From Balanoglossus misakiensis (taxonomy: Eukaryota; Animalia; Hemichordata), in contig CM082578.2 of assembly GCA_040954595.2 (NCBI GenBank), positions 12,276,520 through 12,340,519 of the forward strand: a DNA stretch of 64,000 nt. The letters are read 5' to 3'. Shown here one piece after another: positions 1 to 28,880 of the stretch. Made by a program: the position numbers and the translations under genes. How positions within the stretch are numbered: position 1 is the first letter of the stretch; each line of letters begins with the position of its first letter. A model generated the notes under the pieces. That model saw nothing but the letters and a program-made list of their open reading frames with translations. It searched no databases and was not told where the DNA came from.

Positions 1-1074
1 TCCATAGAATTGTCATTTCTAAATATTTGTTATTTTCATCAGAGGTATTCATGCAACTTTTTCACAAAGTCTTTATCTCCCATTGCCATTTTATTAATTG
101 CCAACATCCTTGATTCCGTCTGTCTCCATCAAGCTGCGTCCCCTCAGTTGCTGGTGATATGGTCCATTGGATCATGGAAAGCAATGGGAACATTTCATTC
201 CATGAGGATACTTAGGGTTGTTATCTTACAGTTAATTAACATGTTTTTGGAATGGTGATGATGAGTTTGAAAGTGCCCCCCTGGTACCTCCCCCTTACTT
301 TGACTGACTGTGCAACAGCCATCGTGTCCAAATCCTGCTTGCCGCCTTGGATTGTTGTGGTGGCATGTCAAATGGTTTTCAATCCCCCCAGATTTCTTTT
401 TTTTCCCCACACTATGCTCTTCCCACCCATCACAAGTTCGCATTGAATGATTTGCCTGATTGTCCAAACCTCTTTTCTCCCCGATTGCTCACCCAGTGAA
501 AGTTTTTAGCGTTAGATTCCCACGTAAGTACACGTAGACGCACACAAGCGGGAACTGTCAACTTGCTTGCATTTTACACTTCCACCAACAGCACGTACGA
601 CTAGCTGTGTCTGTGTGTCTTACTGAACTGTCACATCTCATGAGTTGTATCTCCGTTTCACATTTCTCGATGCATCGAGATGGCGTGCTGTGTTTTTCGC
701 TCTTGAGTGCTGTGACTTTTAATTCAGTTTGAAGTGCACTAACACACACAGTCCAACACACAAGAAATACAAAAATGCTTGAATGAAACACAGTTGGCGA
801 TAGGATATGCTTTTATCTGTCGTAACAAAATAGGGACCTGGGCTTGCCCTCCAGGTGGAACTTTGTCAAACCTGAACTTTGTCAATCTGTCAACATCTAC
901 ATGTATCGGTATGTTGCCTGAATAAAGCAAGGTCAAAGTTCATTTACTTCATGAGGGAAAAGGCATTCACCTGTACACTGCTTACAACCCATTAAGAACA
1001 TAATTATAACATTTTCCTTGCAAAGCGATTCACCATCAATGAAAATTCAATGTGGTTTGTTGTTCTCTCTGCAG

Positions 1075-1732
1075 CTGTGCGCACCGCCAGGACGACCAAG
1101 TCCAGTCGTCCAAGCACAGGCATCTGGCCGCCACACGTAGGTTTCCCGCCCAATTACAATCGCTCTCTGACCCCCGACCCCTGGCCAAAAGAACCGGATG
1201 GTGACCGAATAACGCAGAGGCCAAAAACTGTGAGTTGAGTTTTGAAATTTCTGATTTTTTTTTTAAAGCAGCATGTGTGAACTTTTGTATGTGCGTGAGT
1301 GCATGCTTGGTTAAACCTTGCTGTGGCTGAGATTACATGTGTAGTAATAGGGCTGTTAATCTTGTTTCAGTCGATGATTAACTGGAGATGAGTAAAAAAG
1401 ATAATTGATGAGTTCAGTGTCTGATGATGGTGATAAATTCAGAGATAAGTCCCGGGTTCTGCCTGCTGGGTCAAATATATTTCTGACCTGTCCTGGTTTA
1501 TTTTTAAGTTGTAAGATAAAATGACAATAAAAGATTTAAATTCATGTGATTTTTTTGCTAGCCAGATCTTATAAATAAATGAATATTTTTTTCTGTGATT
1601 GTCCTGTAGGTGAATGGTCGCCTTAGACACAGAATCACAGATCAGCTAATCCATGACATGGAGCCAAACCACCATGAGACTATTATGCAGCTGATGGAAG
1701 TCGAGAAGATGCAGAAAGTGGGACAGAAATGA
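1075..1732 (+). CDS. 3' end (last two coding exons) of an unidentified protein-coding gene; upstream exons not identified
   Basis: Exon 1075-1229 (ctctctgcag| ... |gtgagt) reads AVRTARTTKSSRPSTGIWPPHVGFPPNYNRSLTPDPWPKEPDGDRITQRPKT. It joins in phase 0 to exon 1610-1732 (ctgtag|) reading VNGRLRHRITDQLIHDMEPNHHETIMQLMEVEKMQKVGQK*. No family recognised. Confidence 0.5.
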
Positions 1733-4710
1733 AGAAAAAAAAATTCTGGTCCTGTCCTGAGCTAGACAATCTTGTCAGCAAACCATTCAGACAAAGCAAT
1801 GTTTATTTTCTCATTTCCTTCTTCTGCAGAATCTATTATTGTGCATTATTTCACACTAAATTTCGGCGCAACATGTTTTGCTGGTCCACGGTCCTGAACC
1901 GGTATATGCACCAGCTTGACGTGACAAGGTTGTAAGAAATAGTTTCGGAGCCAGGCATGGCCATGCTGCCTGTACGTTATCACAGCGCGACGCAGACTTT
2001 ATTGGTCAAAAATGATAAGAAACGGGCAAGTGGGTGTTTTCATTGATGCCTCCTAGCTGTCAGTCTACAGCATGATGGACAAAGTTCAAAAATCGGGTGC
2101 AGCCGTCAGCATGTTCTGGATGTCACATTGTATCCTCCAGTATTACCGATACGACAGTATTTGTTTGAGGGCCAGTCGTCTGACCACCAGATCGTCAAAT
2201 GCACGACACAGACTGTCGACAGCCACTTGGGATGGCTGTGTGCTTAAGTGTCTTAAATCTTGCCACAGTGTTTCAAATCAAGAATAAAAAAAATGGCCAT
2301 GGAGATTGTCGGTGCCGGGCTGTTCTCATCTCCTCGGTCTCGGCATGCAGCCATATGGGTGCTTAATTCATACGCACCTATTATGGGTTGAGTCTGATCT
2401 ATCACCAACTGTTATCATCTGTAAAGCCTTGCAACCACTAACTGAGATAAATGGATTTTTAGAGAATTCCACTAATCAGTTCTTGTTGTCCTGATACGCT
2501 TAACAGCATCTCACCCTTGAAGTTTTGGGGGTCAAATTTGATGTGTGTAATTCAGGATACATGAATCAAGATAAAAATAATATTTGTGTACTTCTAAGAA
2601 GATAAACATTTTTACCATATTTAAAAATGTCCTTTTTACATATTTTCAAGAAACCTGCAAAAGAAGTTGAAGGCAAGAATTTAAAATTAATCGTGAAATT
2701 GGTTAAAATATTTTAAGTCTTCCAGTTTGTCGAGCTGAACCGTAATATTCCAGTATCATTTTTATCTCCTGGCAACAGGTTGCTAAAGTCAATGTTTTAC
2801 AAGTGCAGAGCTCTTGCCACTATCTGTTAGCAGTGTGTTTTTCTTATCTTGACCTCGGCCTACTTTTACACCTTTCAAGTCAGATCTCTGCGACTAATTT
2901 TGATATTAACAGGGTATGTACCGTCCAAAATTCTTAGATAAATCCTTACAAAATCCCCGGAAACAGAAGTTGGTTGTTAATCGTAAAAAATCATTTTACA
3001 CTCATGACATGCCCTCTTTTACTGTACATTTGTGGAAATGAAATCGAGGCAGTGTTGAAAAGCAAGTGTTTCTTAGTCTATGATGTACACATAGATTTTG
3101 AAAAATCAATTGCATCGTGATTTCTGTAACTGTTGGAAGTAATCAAACATGGTAAAAGGATCAATGCGCAAGTTAATTAATCAATTAATTAATTAATTAT
3201 TACATTAATATTATAAATATAGTACTATTTATGCAAATTACCTTAATGCAAGAATAGAGAAATGCCAAATATACCTGAAATTAAAGTGGCGAAATAGTGC
3301 CTTTGCTAAAGGAGTACAGACATGACAGGAGAGGATTATGTAGTCAAAAATAGTGCTTAAAACTAATCTTTTTTAATGTAGCTTTAAGGTTTTTAGACCA
3401 TTGCAACTGATGTTAGGATGTGCAAATCCATCAGTTATGTGGGTCAACAACAAAGACTGATAATGTGCAAATTTTAAGTACGTGCAAATTTTGCTAAATG
3501 TATGTAAATATTGATGTAAATTTACCAAGCAAGCATTGGTAGATGTCTTATTTTAGAATACGGCCAAGGATATATATGGCCAAGGATATAAGAAAGCTGT
3601 TTCAACTTTTCGACGACACTAACAAATCTTGTTGAATGGTCTATCTTTGAAGAAAAATTTAGAGAACAATTTACTGTACTTATTTGCTGCTTTGAAGTTT
3701 CATTTGTAAGTAGATGTATTTTTGTATTTATGATTTCATTGCCATGTACATAATATATATCCAAGAAAAAAAAAGAAAATGGCGGTCCTCCATTTAAAAC
3801 GACTTCTATTGGCTAATCAACCTCCCAGAAGACATATATGCAATAATCACACTTGGTGACCCCTCCCTTTAAGTTTCTCTCCAAAGAAAATAGCAAGTAC
3901 ACGCCTCTGATAAAAAGTTATCATTTTATTTAATTTTCGCAGTACAAATTATTACAAATCGTTCTTTCCGTAGAAAACCCAATCCTTAAAAGAAACAAAA
4001 TTCAAGCATTTTCTTCTGTTGTCTACAAGTGTATATTTTCTGGTTGCAATCCTGAGTCTGTGACTTTTCTGACTGAAGAATGATATGTAAATAAGATAGA
4101 TCGGCTGATACCTCCTACAGAATGTAGGTGACAATATTCGTTGACATGTTGAAATGTTAGCGTACTGTATTAACTTTTTGGCATATTATCAACGAGAAAG
4201 CAGGTTCATGGGCTTCGTTAAGCAATTGAAATTACTGGAATAAAAAAAAACGTCTACAAGACCTTGGAAAGTGAAATTTAGGTCCGAAACTTTAAGAACT
4301 GAAAGCAGGCTGGACCCAGCCAGTTCATGCAGTTGTGAATAGAAAAATTCGCAAAGCGATCGTCCATTCTACAATGAAATGTCAGGTATGTTTGACATCA
4401 TTGGCGTGGTTTGAACACAAATTTACACAACTACTGCACCTTCGTGGTGGGTTAAAAATGTCTCCATTTCTTGGAAACTTCTGAAAAGCTTGAGTATATA
4501 GAAATTGGCTAAAAACGAAAATAAAATCCTCCAATTTTGAGTGGCCATAGGGTTTCCAATGTGAAGGCTGTAACTGTAGCTCCGTTTGACAAATTTCAAA
4601 CGACATCCGGTTAATATAATGAAATTATAATGCCAATGATGGATGCTCATCTTGATAGATGGCACCGATGAATACAATGTACATTGTACGCCAACGCTAC
4701 GTGGCCCTTC

Positions 4711-16165
<11,455 letters not shown>

Positions 16166-17044
16166 GGCACACCCTGAAGTGCATGCGGGAACGCTGCAGG
16201 TCTAGGTCCGTCCCACCGATGGGTAACTTTTCCGGCGGCGGTTGTAGGCAGATGATATTAAATTTTAACCGTTTTCATCATGCGATACTGCAGAGGAGAT
16301 CACTGCGCAGATCGACAGACAGTGACCCGCGATAACCTTTGAAAAAAAGGGCGTCAGATAGTGACTGACTCTTGGGATGGGTCCGCAATTGATTTATCCA
16401 GGACTATGCTTGTGTGAGCAGGTGATGGGAGAGCGAAGTTCACTGCCTTCTGTAATCACGGTGACCGCGGCAGCAACTAACTAGGGTTTGCAGAGGAAAA
16501 TGTCCTAAACACAATTCTTACATCTACAGATCAATATTTGCAACACAACACAATACAGTAGGATTACATGTTTGATTTAGGATGCATTTATATTATTAAT
16601 ATCGATAAATTGATACCAACCGAGGGTTAGACCACTTGAAAACGTTGCTTTACAACAGTGTCACTGATAACATTCCAACTTTGACAGAACTATACATTTG
16701 AAAACATTATAAGGGTGCACGATCATCATCGTTTGTTGTATTTTAAGTACATGAGTGGAGTCTGCCACCACACAGCCATGTAGAACATGATTTTGTTTAT
16801 TTCTGATCACCCCCCCCCCCCCCCCCCTCCAACGCTCTTATCAAGTGATCGGGCGCCAATGATGTCTTGTCGTTTTCTTCGGTTTAGCGCCACCAAACAT
16901 CGATATCTGAAATCACTCTACTCATATTTTATTTGTTTAAAAAGCGCACCACGGTTAGTCTCAGTGCGCTGCCAAAAGTAGAATATCACGTAAGCAATCA
17001 CGTAATTGAAATATCTTAGAATCTCTAATGCTTATTCGACTCTG

Positions 17045-17237
17045 TACATACATACATACATACATACATACATACATACATACATACATACATACATACA
17101 TACATACATACATACATACATACATACATACATACATACATACATACATACATACATACATACATACATACATACATACATACATACATACATACATACA
17201 TACATACATACATACATACATACATACATACATACAT

Positions 17238-17268
<31 letters not shown>

Positions 17269-17269
17269 C
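17045..17269. repeat. (TACA)n(GACA)n microsatellite
   Basis: Directly visible; source of the spurious MYVC/HTYI ORFs. Confidence 0.95.
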
Positions 17270-19097
17270 ATGTATAGCCAAGAAATGAGCAGGGGTCATT
17301 ACGACCCAATTTCTAGGAATGTTATCAAAAACAAAATCCACCACCCCGGCCTAATGAAATGTCATGACAGTAATATTTCAAGATATTTTTGTCGTTTGCT
17401 GGATGCCATGCAAGTGAGCTATACATCATCAAAATGAAGTCACTTAAGTTTCGGCATTTGCGTTAGCTTCGTCGTACGACTGATGACCCGGTTCACTATA
17501 CACACTGAAAATGATGATAAACAACAGTTGTTGCGGAAACTATATTTTATGAACACGCATCGTTGTCGACATCATTAATTGCTATCAAAGTGATAGTAGC
17601 TGGTAATCATATCTCTTAAAAACAATATTTAAATGTAAACACTGTTTACATTCGATAATGCCATCGCCCAGATGGTAAATTCACAGGCTTTAAGAAAAAT
17701 GTTGATGTTGAGATATGTTCTCGTGGTGGTTGCTGGGAAGTGTAAGTAGGGCAAAGGGGAGAAAGAGGTGGGAAGGGAGAGGGATGAGTAGGGAAGGAAG
17801 AGTCCCATTTTTGGTTCAGGCCGTATTTTCGGTCGTAATCTGGCCAGGCCAACAAGCAGACGCAGGCGGTACGGCAAAATAACACACGCAAGTGTTCAAC
17901 AGCGTTCGTGAGCGCCCCGGACGGGTGGCCCGATCGTGGCGTGACACCGTCCTGTGCTATCAGATCAGGGGGAAAGGGGTGATGACGTCGCGTTGATGTT
18001 AATTTTAAACAGGCTACCGTGTTACTAGAGGTGAACAAAATTGGGAAATTATTCCAAAACGAAGAGAATATTAATATATGTGGCAGCTTGAAAGTGTTAA
18101 AGGCTAAATTTTAATCCATCAAGCGGTGATATATCTGTACCTATGACATGCCAACTCATTATAATTTTATGGTTGTGTTCTCGATCCTAGTGTAAAAGCA
18201 TCTCTGCACACCTTGATGACGTATTGTATGGTGCACACCGGAAATTACGTCATCATAGTATGCAAATATAAATGGGATAATATTTGAGTCGTGCCGACGT
18301 GCGACAGGTTATTTTCCACTTTATAAAATCGCTAAACTCGACAAAAATGTTATCCGAAATTATTCCAAATTGACCCATCACATCTAGGTTAGGCTGAGAG
18401 CACGCGATGTGATTCTTGCAAGATTAGAACCACGGCACTTCCGACGTTGTGTATTTTCAGCTGTGATAGTATTGTCGAGGTGTCCAGTTTATCTTGATAT
18501 CGGTCGCCTGTAAACTGGAAATCTGTGATTATTCATACTGTACTGTAAGCCCCTCCCCGGGGGATAAGCTCGCACGCGTTAAGTTTACTTCGGGTCTTTA
18601 AAGCCCCAATAGCTGCTAATTGTTGAATTGTTTTCAATATTGTACTGTCGAACTGAACTGGAGCGAGTCTCAGAACTGGAGCAAGTTGTTTATTGGAGCG
18701 TCTGCCATGCCCTGGGTTTGATATTGTGACTCTCAAGACAATGCCGTTTGTCAAATTGACAAAAGATTTAGCCCATACAAGACGACAAAGGGCCGGTGAA
18801 CGCGGGTTTAGTACAGTGGAAGTTGACATGTAAGGTTTTGACTAGAAAGTAAACAGCCATCTGAATGCTTGCATTACACTGGACTGGGCTCATTCGGATG
18901 TGGTCATGTTTACTGGGCAAACTTAAAATTTTGCTTCATTTCCAAGAGTGAAGCCCCCTGCGCTCTTGACAAAAGTTTACATTCGAACGAGGACATCTGT
19001 AAACACTACTGTCAGTTTGCGGGATGAATACTCGCAGCTGTGACGGATCACAATCTTATCTGAACACATTAGATAGTCATATTTGGCAGAGTGGATC

Positions 19098-19105
19098 TAT
19101 AAATA
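19098..19105 (+). promoter_or_regulatory. Probable TATA box of carboxypeptidase paralog 1
   Basis: TATAAATA about 70 bp upstream of ATG 19169. Confidence 0.5.
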
Positions 19106-19168
19106 TAGATGTCGAGAGCGTTCCTCGTCAAGCTGGGCATACGTTCTTGTCAAGCTATCCCCGTCACC

Positions 19169-23393
<4,225 letters not shown>

Positions 23394-24008
23394 ATTTCTC
23401 ACGCATGGCTTAAATATAACAGTGAGGATGTCTGAATTTCGCTGAGATTCTTTCGTCATTTTGATGCTCTGTACAGATTATCAATTACATGGTTGAAAAT
23501 ATAGAACTCTAACCACAACAAAGCAAATGTCTCAATGTTTAATGGGTCTAGTTACACACACTCAGACACACGCAGTCATGTGAGTAAAACGTCTTTCTCG
23601 TGATCTCACAATGTATACCGGTACGGTCACCTGTCAACTGAATAAGTTTTTTGTCTGTCAGCTCTTCTGTCTTTCTCTTACCGACACGATTCTTACACTG
23701 AGGCTTCTCTGCTCGCACTGACTTTTAACCAGTGCGCACAGTATAAATAATGGCTAAGTAATTATATGCATGATAAAATGCGCCCTCTTTTGGTGAACTC
23801 TTCCTTCCGCCTGACCTACCTTTCATCGCAGTCAGGCTACCAGAAATTTGGAATATCCGACGCAGGGTGTATAATAATGGGAGTCATCAACCGAATGGGA
23901 TTTCTCACCGTATAAGTAGGCTAGTTTTGTCCCTTCTTTTCACCAAATTCGCTGTCTTTCCCGCTCTCCGACCCAGACTTTTGTCGCCGCCATGTTGCCT
24001 GATGTAAG

Positions 24009-24109
24009 GACAGCACACTGCCTTATGGCATTGACTATATACATGTACACTTTTTGTAACCAGAGTCTCTGGTTTGGCATATGCGCATAAGACGATCATC
24101 GCCCTTTAA
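24009..24109 (+). repeat. Dispersed repeat, copy A (other copy at 53192-53286)
   Basis: Shares ctgccttatggca...tttttgtaaccagagtctctggtttggca..cgcataagacga..tcgccctttaa with copy B. Confidence 0.8.
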
Positions 24110-25054
24110 GTTGCTGACCCACAGCAGTACGTCACAATTATCATTGAGCGCGAGGGACCCTTGGGAGTAAGTTAACCGACAACCATCTGTAAGCTTATGT
24201 CAGCTTGTCCCTGCACGATTCTGATATCTCTCTGTGTGTGTTTTTTCTGTCCAAACGATAGTGTCGATACATTGAAGGGTGGAGATTATTGACGTGGTCT
24301 CCCAAAGAACTGGGTCAGATGGAATTTGAAATTGCCAAGCGAGATCTTAACATTACGGGTCATTCACAAAATAGGTCATGTATGGTCGTGGAGTCTGTGT
24401 GTGACGTATTGGCCAGATGTTACGTATAAGCCTGTTAGTATTTTATACATAAAGTCGTAAGTTTGAGCTACAATTGTTTTCACCGCCAATATAAGACATT
24501 CTGGACATTAGATTTGCAAACTCACAGAAAGTGAAGAAATGCAGAAGGGTGAATCTAACATTTCTTCGTGCGAGAACAATCACATGGTTTTGAGAAACAG
24601 ATCCAGCCCTGGTGTCTGGATCCAGCCATTGCAGTTTTGGAAACTCGCACATGACTGTCACACGCAGGTCACTTTCATGATACATGTACTGCTACTCTCT
24701 CCATTCTCGCCATATCTCGTTCTCGCCATGGGACCAGGTTCTTGCGAAAGACACCATGCATGTGATAAATAAGCTATAAATCAGGAAGTGATAACATCGT
24801 ACCATAATTTTTATCATGATAATATGTGTGTACATAAAATCATCATATGTAATTGTCAATCGTCTCGACGTGTAAAGAACCACATAGAACTGTGTACAGA
24901 TGAAGGGTTTGTTGGCCGTGCCGCGATTGCTCCAACCGATACAATTGAATGTAACCGTGTTAATAATTAACATGCATGCGCTTATGATGGTATACCCTGA
25001 GTGTGCTCTACAGTGGATTTACAGTGGTATACTGGCCCTCGTCCAATCAGCAAC

Positions 25055-28000
25055 ATGTTGAGAACAGTCTTTCTAGCTTTGTGCATCATCGCCTGCTCCG
25101 CCAAGAAGAGCTATGATGGGTAAGACACGGCACTACATTACATTACATTAGAAACAAGTAAAGTACTATGTGCTTGTAATGATAATATAGTGTTAATGAC
25201 AATGATCATGTTTAGTAAACTTACCAATCCATGTTAAATTTAGATATCAAGTTCTCCGAATGGAATCGCTGGATGAAATTCAGATCAAATCTTTGGAGTC
25301 CCTTTCGGACATACCAGATGTAAGTACATCGTGTGTGTATATGAAGCTTGTTAATACACGATAACATTTGCAATTTGGCCAACTCTGAAATATTAACGAC
25401 ACGACACGACTCTTTTTACAGTTCGATTTCTGGAACTTCCCGCGTGATTTGATGGTAGCTCCAGCTCAGCTGGAATCCACCAAACAGCATCTGGATGCCA
25501 GCAACATTGCCTACAGTGTCTGGATTGAAAACGTGCAAGACATGGCCGATGCCCAACTGACGGATAAACCCAGCATAGAGGCCTTCGATTACACTGTCTA
25601 TCACTCTTTAGCCGAGGTAAGTCTCTGTTGGAGCTATCAGTTGGATAATTCACTTCATCTATACCATTTCAATCAGCGAGGTGTAATTCTGGCGATTTAA
25701 CTGAAATAGCCTACGTCAATCGAGCAAATATTTTACACGGTAACTTTAATCACAAAGAAATTCGCAAATGTCATGAACCAGGTTTCATTTTTCAGATCCC
25801 CGTTTAGCCCCTGTGTATATACTTCTACACGTTATCATTTATTCTAGATTTATGATTGGATAGATTTGATGGTCAATACTTACCCCGACCAAACCACAAA
25901 GTTCAGCATGGGAAGTTCCTTCGAGGGGAGAGACCTGACAGGCCTTAAGGTAAGAGTGTCTGTGATTTGTCAGATGGTGCGGAATGCTGCCGCGCGCGAG
26001 CAGTTATTGCTTTCAGTTGGTGAATCTCATGACATTTCGATATTACTCTCACGCGCGCTTCCTGTCATTTGAGTGAGTGTTTCCATGTCTGATCTGAAAA
26101 AAAAAGATGTGTAGAGTTTGTTCTGTCTGTGGTTCCCCGCATATAATGAACGTTTAATTGCCACACAGATTGGAACTAACACCGGTGGCGCCAAAAGAGC
26201 TGTCTACATCGAAGGAACCCTTCATGCTAGAGAGTGGGTGTCGCCCGCATCTGTAATGTGGATGACAAATGAGGTAGGCGTCGACTTTAAAGTAAACTGT
26301 AATGCGAAAAAAAACCTTTAAAACTGTTTTTATAACTGCAAGTAGTCGTCTTAGCTAATTTACATTCACACAGCTTTGAACAATGATATATTAGCCCTCG
26401 TAATTTACCCTTTGGGTAATTTGTGACAGTGTATATTGTATTTCTCTTCAGCGTGTATCCTATAATACGGAGGATTCAAGTATTCAGCCAAAAATCTGAT
26501 TTAATTTAAACATTGAACATTTCAGGACTAATGTCGTCAGTCTATGTTTTCTTTCAGTTGCTTGCTCAAAATTCTGCTGGGAATAAGGAAATTGTCTCTC
26601 TTTTGGAATATTATGACATTTACATCTTAACTGTGGCAAATCCTGATGGTTACGATTATACTTGGACAACAGTAAGTACAAGCGTAGGAACTTAAAAGGC
26701 TGTGTTTAATAGTAACGCCCGTGGTTCGAGATCTAAATCCAGCGCCAGTTAAAGTTACTGTTTTAGGAACGGAAATGTACGACAAGGGATTGTGCATTTT
26801 GTGTGGTTGCTGTACATTTTTGCGAAAATTCAAAAGTAGTGGCCACTGGAATGTCGCACCTTTGCGACCCGTAGCCATCCTTTGCTGAAGACGACTTGAT
26901 AATGATTGGCCGAGAGATTTCTCCTATTGTATTTATTTTGCATATTATGAATCGTGAGGTGTGATCCTTCGATGCGTGCTGCTGTGCTGATCAAAGTTAA
27001 GTGTCGCAATCTGTACTTTCAGGACCGTTTGTGGCGCAAAACCAGAGGTGCTAACGCTGGGTCCGGATGCTTCGGCTCAGATCCCAACAGAAACTTTGAT
27101 TACATGTGGGGAGGTAGGATATTCGTGAGTGCACGACATGTGCCGATGCAAAATCACATCATTATATTGTGAAGCATCACGTTCACGCGTATTTTGTCTC
27201 TGCAGACATGCATGTACAATGTGAATACCTGACCGGATGATATCCACGTGCACTACAACGTCGACACAAAAATTTGTAAGAGATATATATGAGTGTTTTT
27301 CAAAAATACTGCAGCAAGGAGTATAACATCTTGTATTTCAGGAGTAGGCTCATCGACTTCTCCGTGCAGCGACTCTTACCGAGGAGACAGCGCTTTCTCC
27401 GAAAGTGAAACTCAGGCTGTCAGTGATTTTGTCGCCCAACTGCAACAGACGCAAACTGTAGACGCCTTCTTCGATTACCACAGTTACGGCCAGATGGTGC
27501 TGTCTCCCTGGAGTCATACGTCCGATTTGCCCGCCGATTTCCCACTGCATGTAAGTGTTCGTGCAACCGTTCGACCGATTTCATCGGTTGACTAAATGCA
27601 ACGTGCTATATGTGCGCTTCGGGGACAGATTTTTAAAGAAGAAATATAGTCCTCCAAACATTCCGATTCTATATTAAAGTACGTGGGGGTGATTTAGAAA
27701 ACAAAGAAGAGAACTTGGTGTTCATAGTCTTATTTTCATGAAACGACAGTGATTTTTTCCCTTAGGCCTGCCACAGAGACTGGCGGCCATTTTGAATATC
27801 AAATTTGGGACAATTTGACGTAGTTTTGCTCTGGCATCCAAACTTTTGTACCGTGACCCCACATTTTTCTTCTCAACTCTAAGAGAGAATATTCTACAGT
27901 TGCCCTGAGCAAAATATGATAGAAAGTTTAACACTTTGATTTTCGAAGCGCGTACTACCTCTTCTACGATACAATCTGTAAATTATATCTCTGCCTACAT

Positions 28001-28455
28001 GCAGGAAGCCACCATGAGTATCTATGCCGACGCTGTATTCGCTCGTCACGGTATGACGTATACAACTGGCAATGGCGGCTCGCTGTGTAAGTAGTAGGCT
28101 ATAATGTAAAGGCTCTGAAAAGGTACAAGTATTGGCACAGTAAAAAATTGACTGTTCTGTTTTTCACATCTAAATAATTTGCAAGTATCGATGTGGTTGT
28201 TAATTCTCACACATTTTAACCCGTTTGTGTAGTTCGAAGAAATTATGCCTATAACGATTTTTATTCAAATTAGTTCCCATCAGTGGCGACTCTGTAGACT
28301 GGATGTATGGCGACCGGACTATCACCCATTCATACAGTGTTGAACTGAGAGATGAAGGGCAATATGGCGTTCTGCTTCCAGCGGACCAAATCGTACCTTG
28401 TGCCGAGGAAAACTACGACGGTCTCGTTGCGGCTCTCAATAGTATCAAGGCATGA
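25055..28455 (+). CDS. M14A procarboxypeptidase, paralog 2 (10 exons)
   Basis: [63 protein letters not shown]; stop at 28453-28455; AATAAA at 28503. Confidence 0.92.
27606..27960. mobile_element. Degenerate non-autonomous DNA-transposon-like insertion in a paralog 2 intron
   Basis: Imperfect terminal inverted match (gtgcgcttcg at ~27612 versus cgaagcgcgtactacc at ~27944) and an internal ggcggccattttgaat motif; boundaries approximate. Confidence 0.35.
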
Positions 28456-28580
28456 ATTGCAAATTGAATTGTCTTGTTGCGGCTAGAATTGCAAAATTGC
28501 AGAATAAAATATGCTTATCCTATATGAACTTTGTGAAATGTCCTTGAAGTTTCTTCTTCGCGCACATGTGCGTACGATGT

Positions 28581-28696
28581 ACACACACACACACGCACAC
28601 GCACACGCACGCACACACACACACATACATACATACATACATACATACATACATACATACATACATACATACATACATACATACATACATACATAC
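28581..28696. repeat. (CA)n/(TACA)n microsatellite between convergent paralogs 2 and 3
   Basis: Directly visible. Confidence 0.9.
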
Positions 28697-28880
28697 GTAC
28701 GTATGTAAACCAACCATTCTGTTCGAGGAATTCATAAGACGATCGATGATCGCGTTCGACTGTACATTATAGCAAAGTCCACTCAGATATTATGTCATGT
28801 AATAAAGTGATTTTTATTCATATTTCTGCGCCTACAATGGGAAATCTAACACCTGATAGAAAATCAATCTGTCACGGGTT

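Noticed and set aside
1-480. Short ORFs that might be a retroelement remnant
   Set aside because: No recognisable reverse transcriptase or endonuclease motif
2500-4650. AT-rich intergenic tract with short internal repeats, possibly a decayed transposon
   Set aside because: No TIR, TSD or transposase remnant could be defined by eye
16961-17437. ORFs of repeated MYVC/HTYI peptides (also at 28483-28772 and 45542-45852)
   Set aside because: Translations of (TACA)n microsatellites; not coding, and not CRISPR-like because there are no spacers
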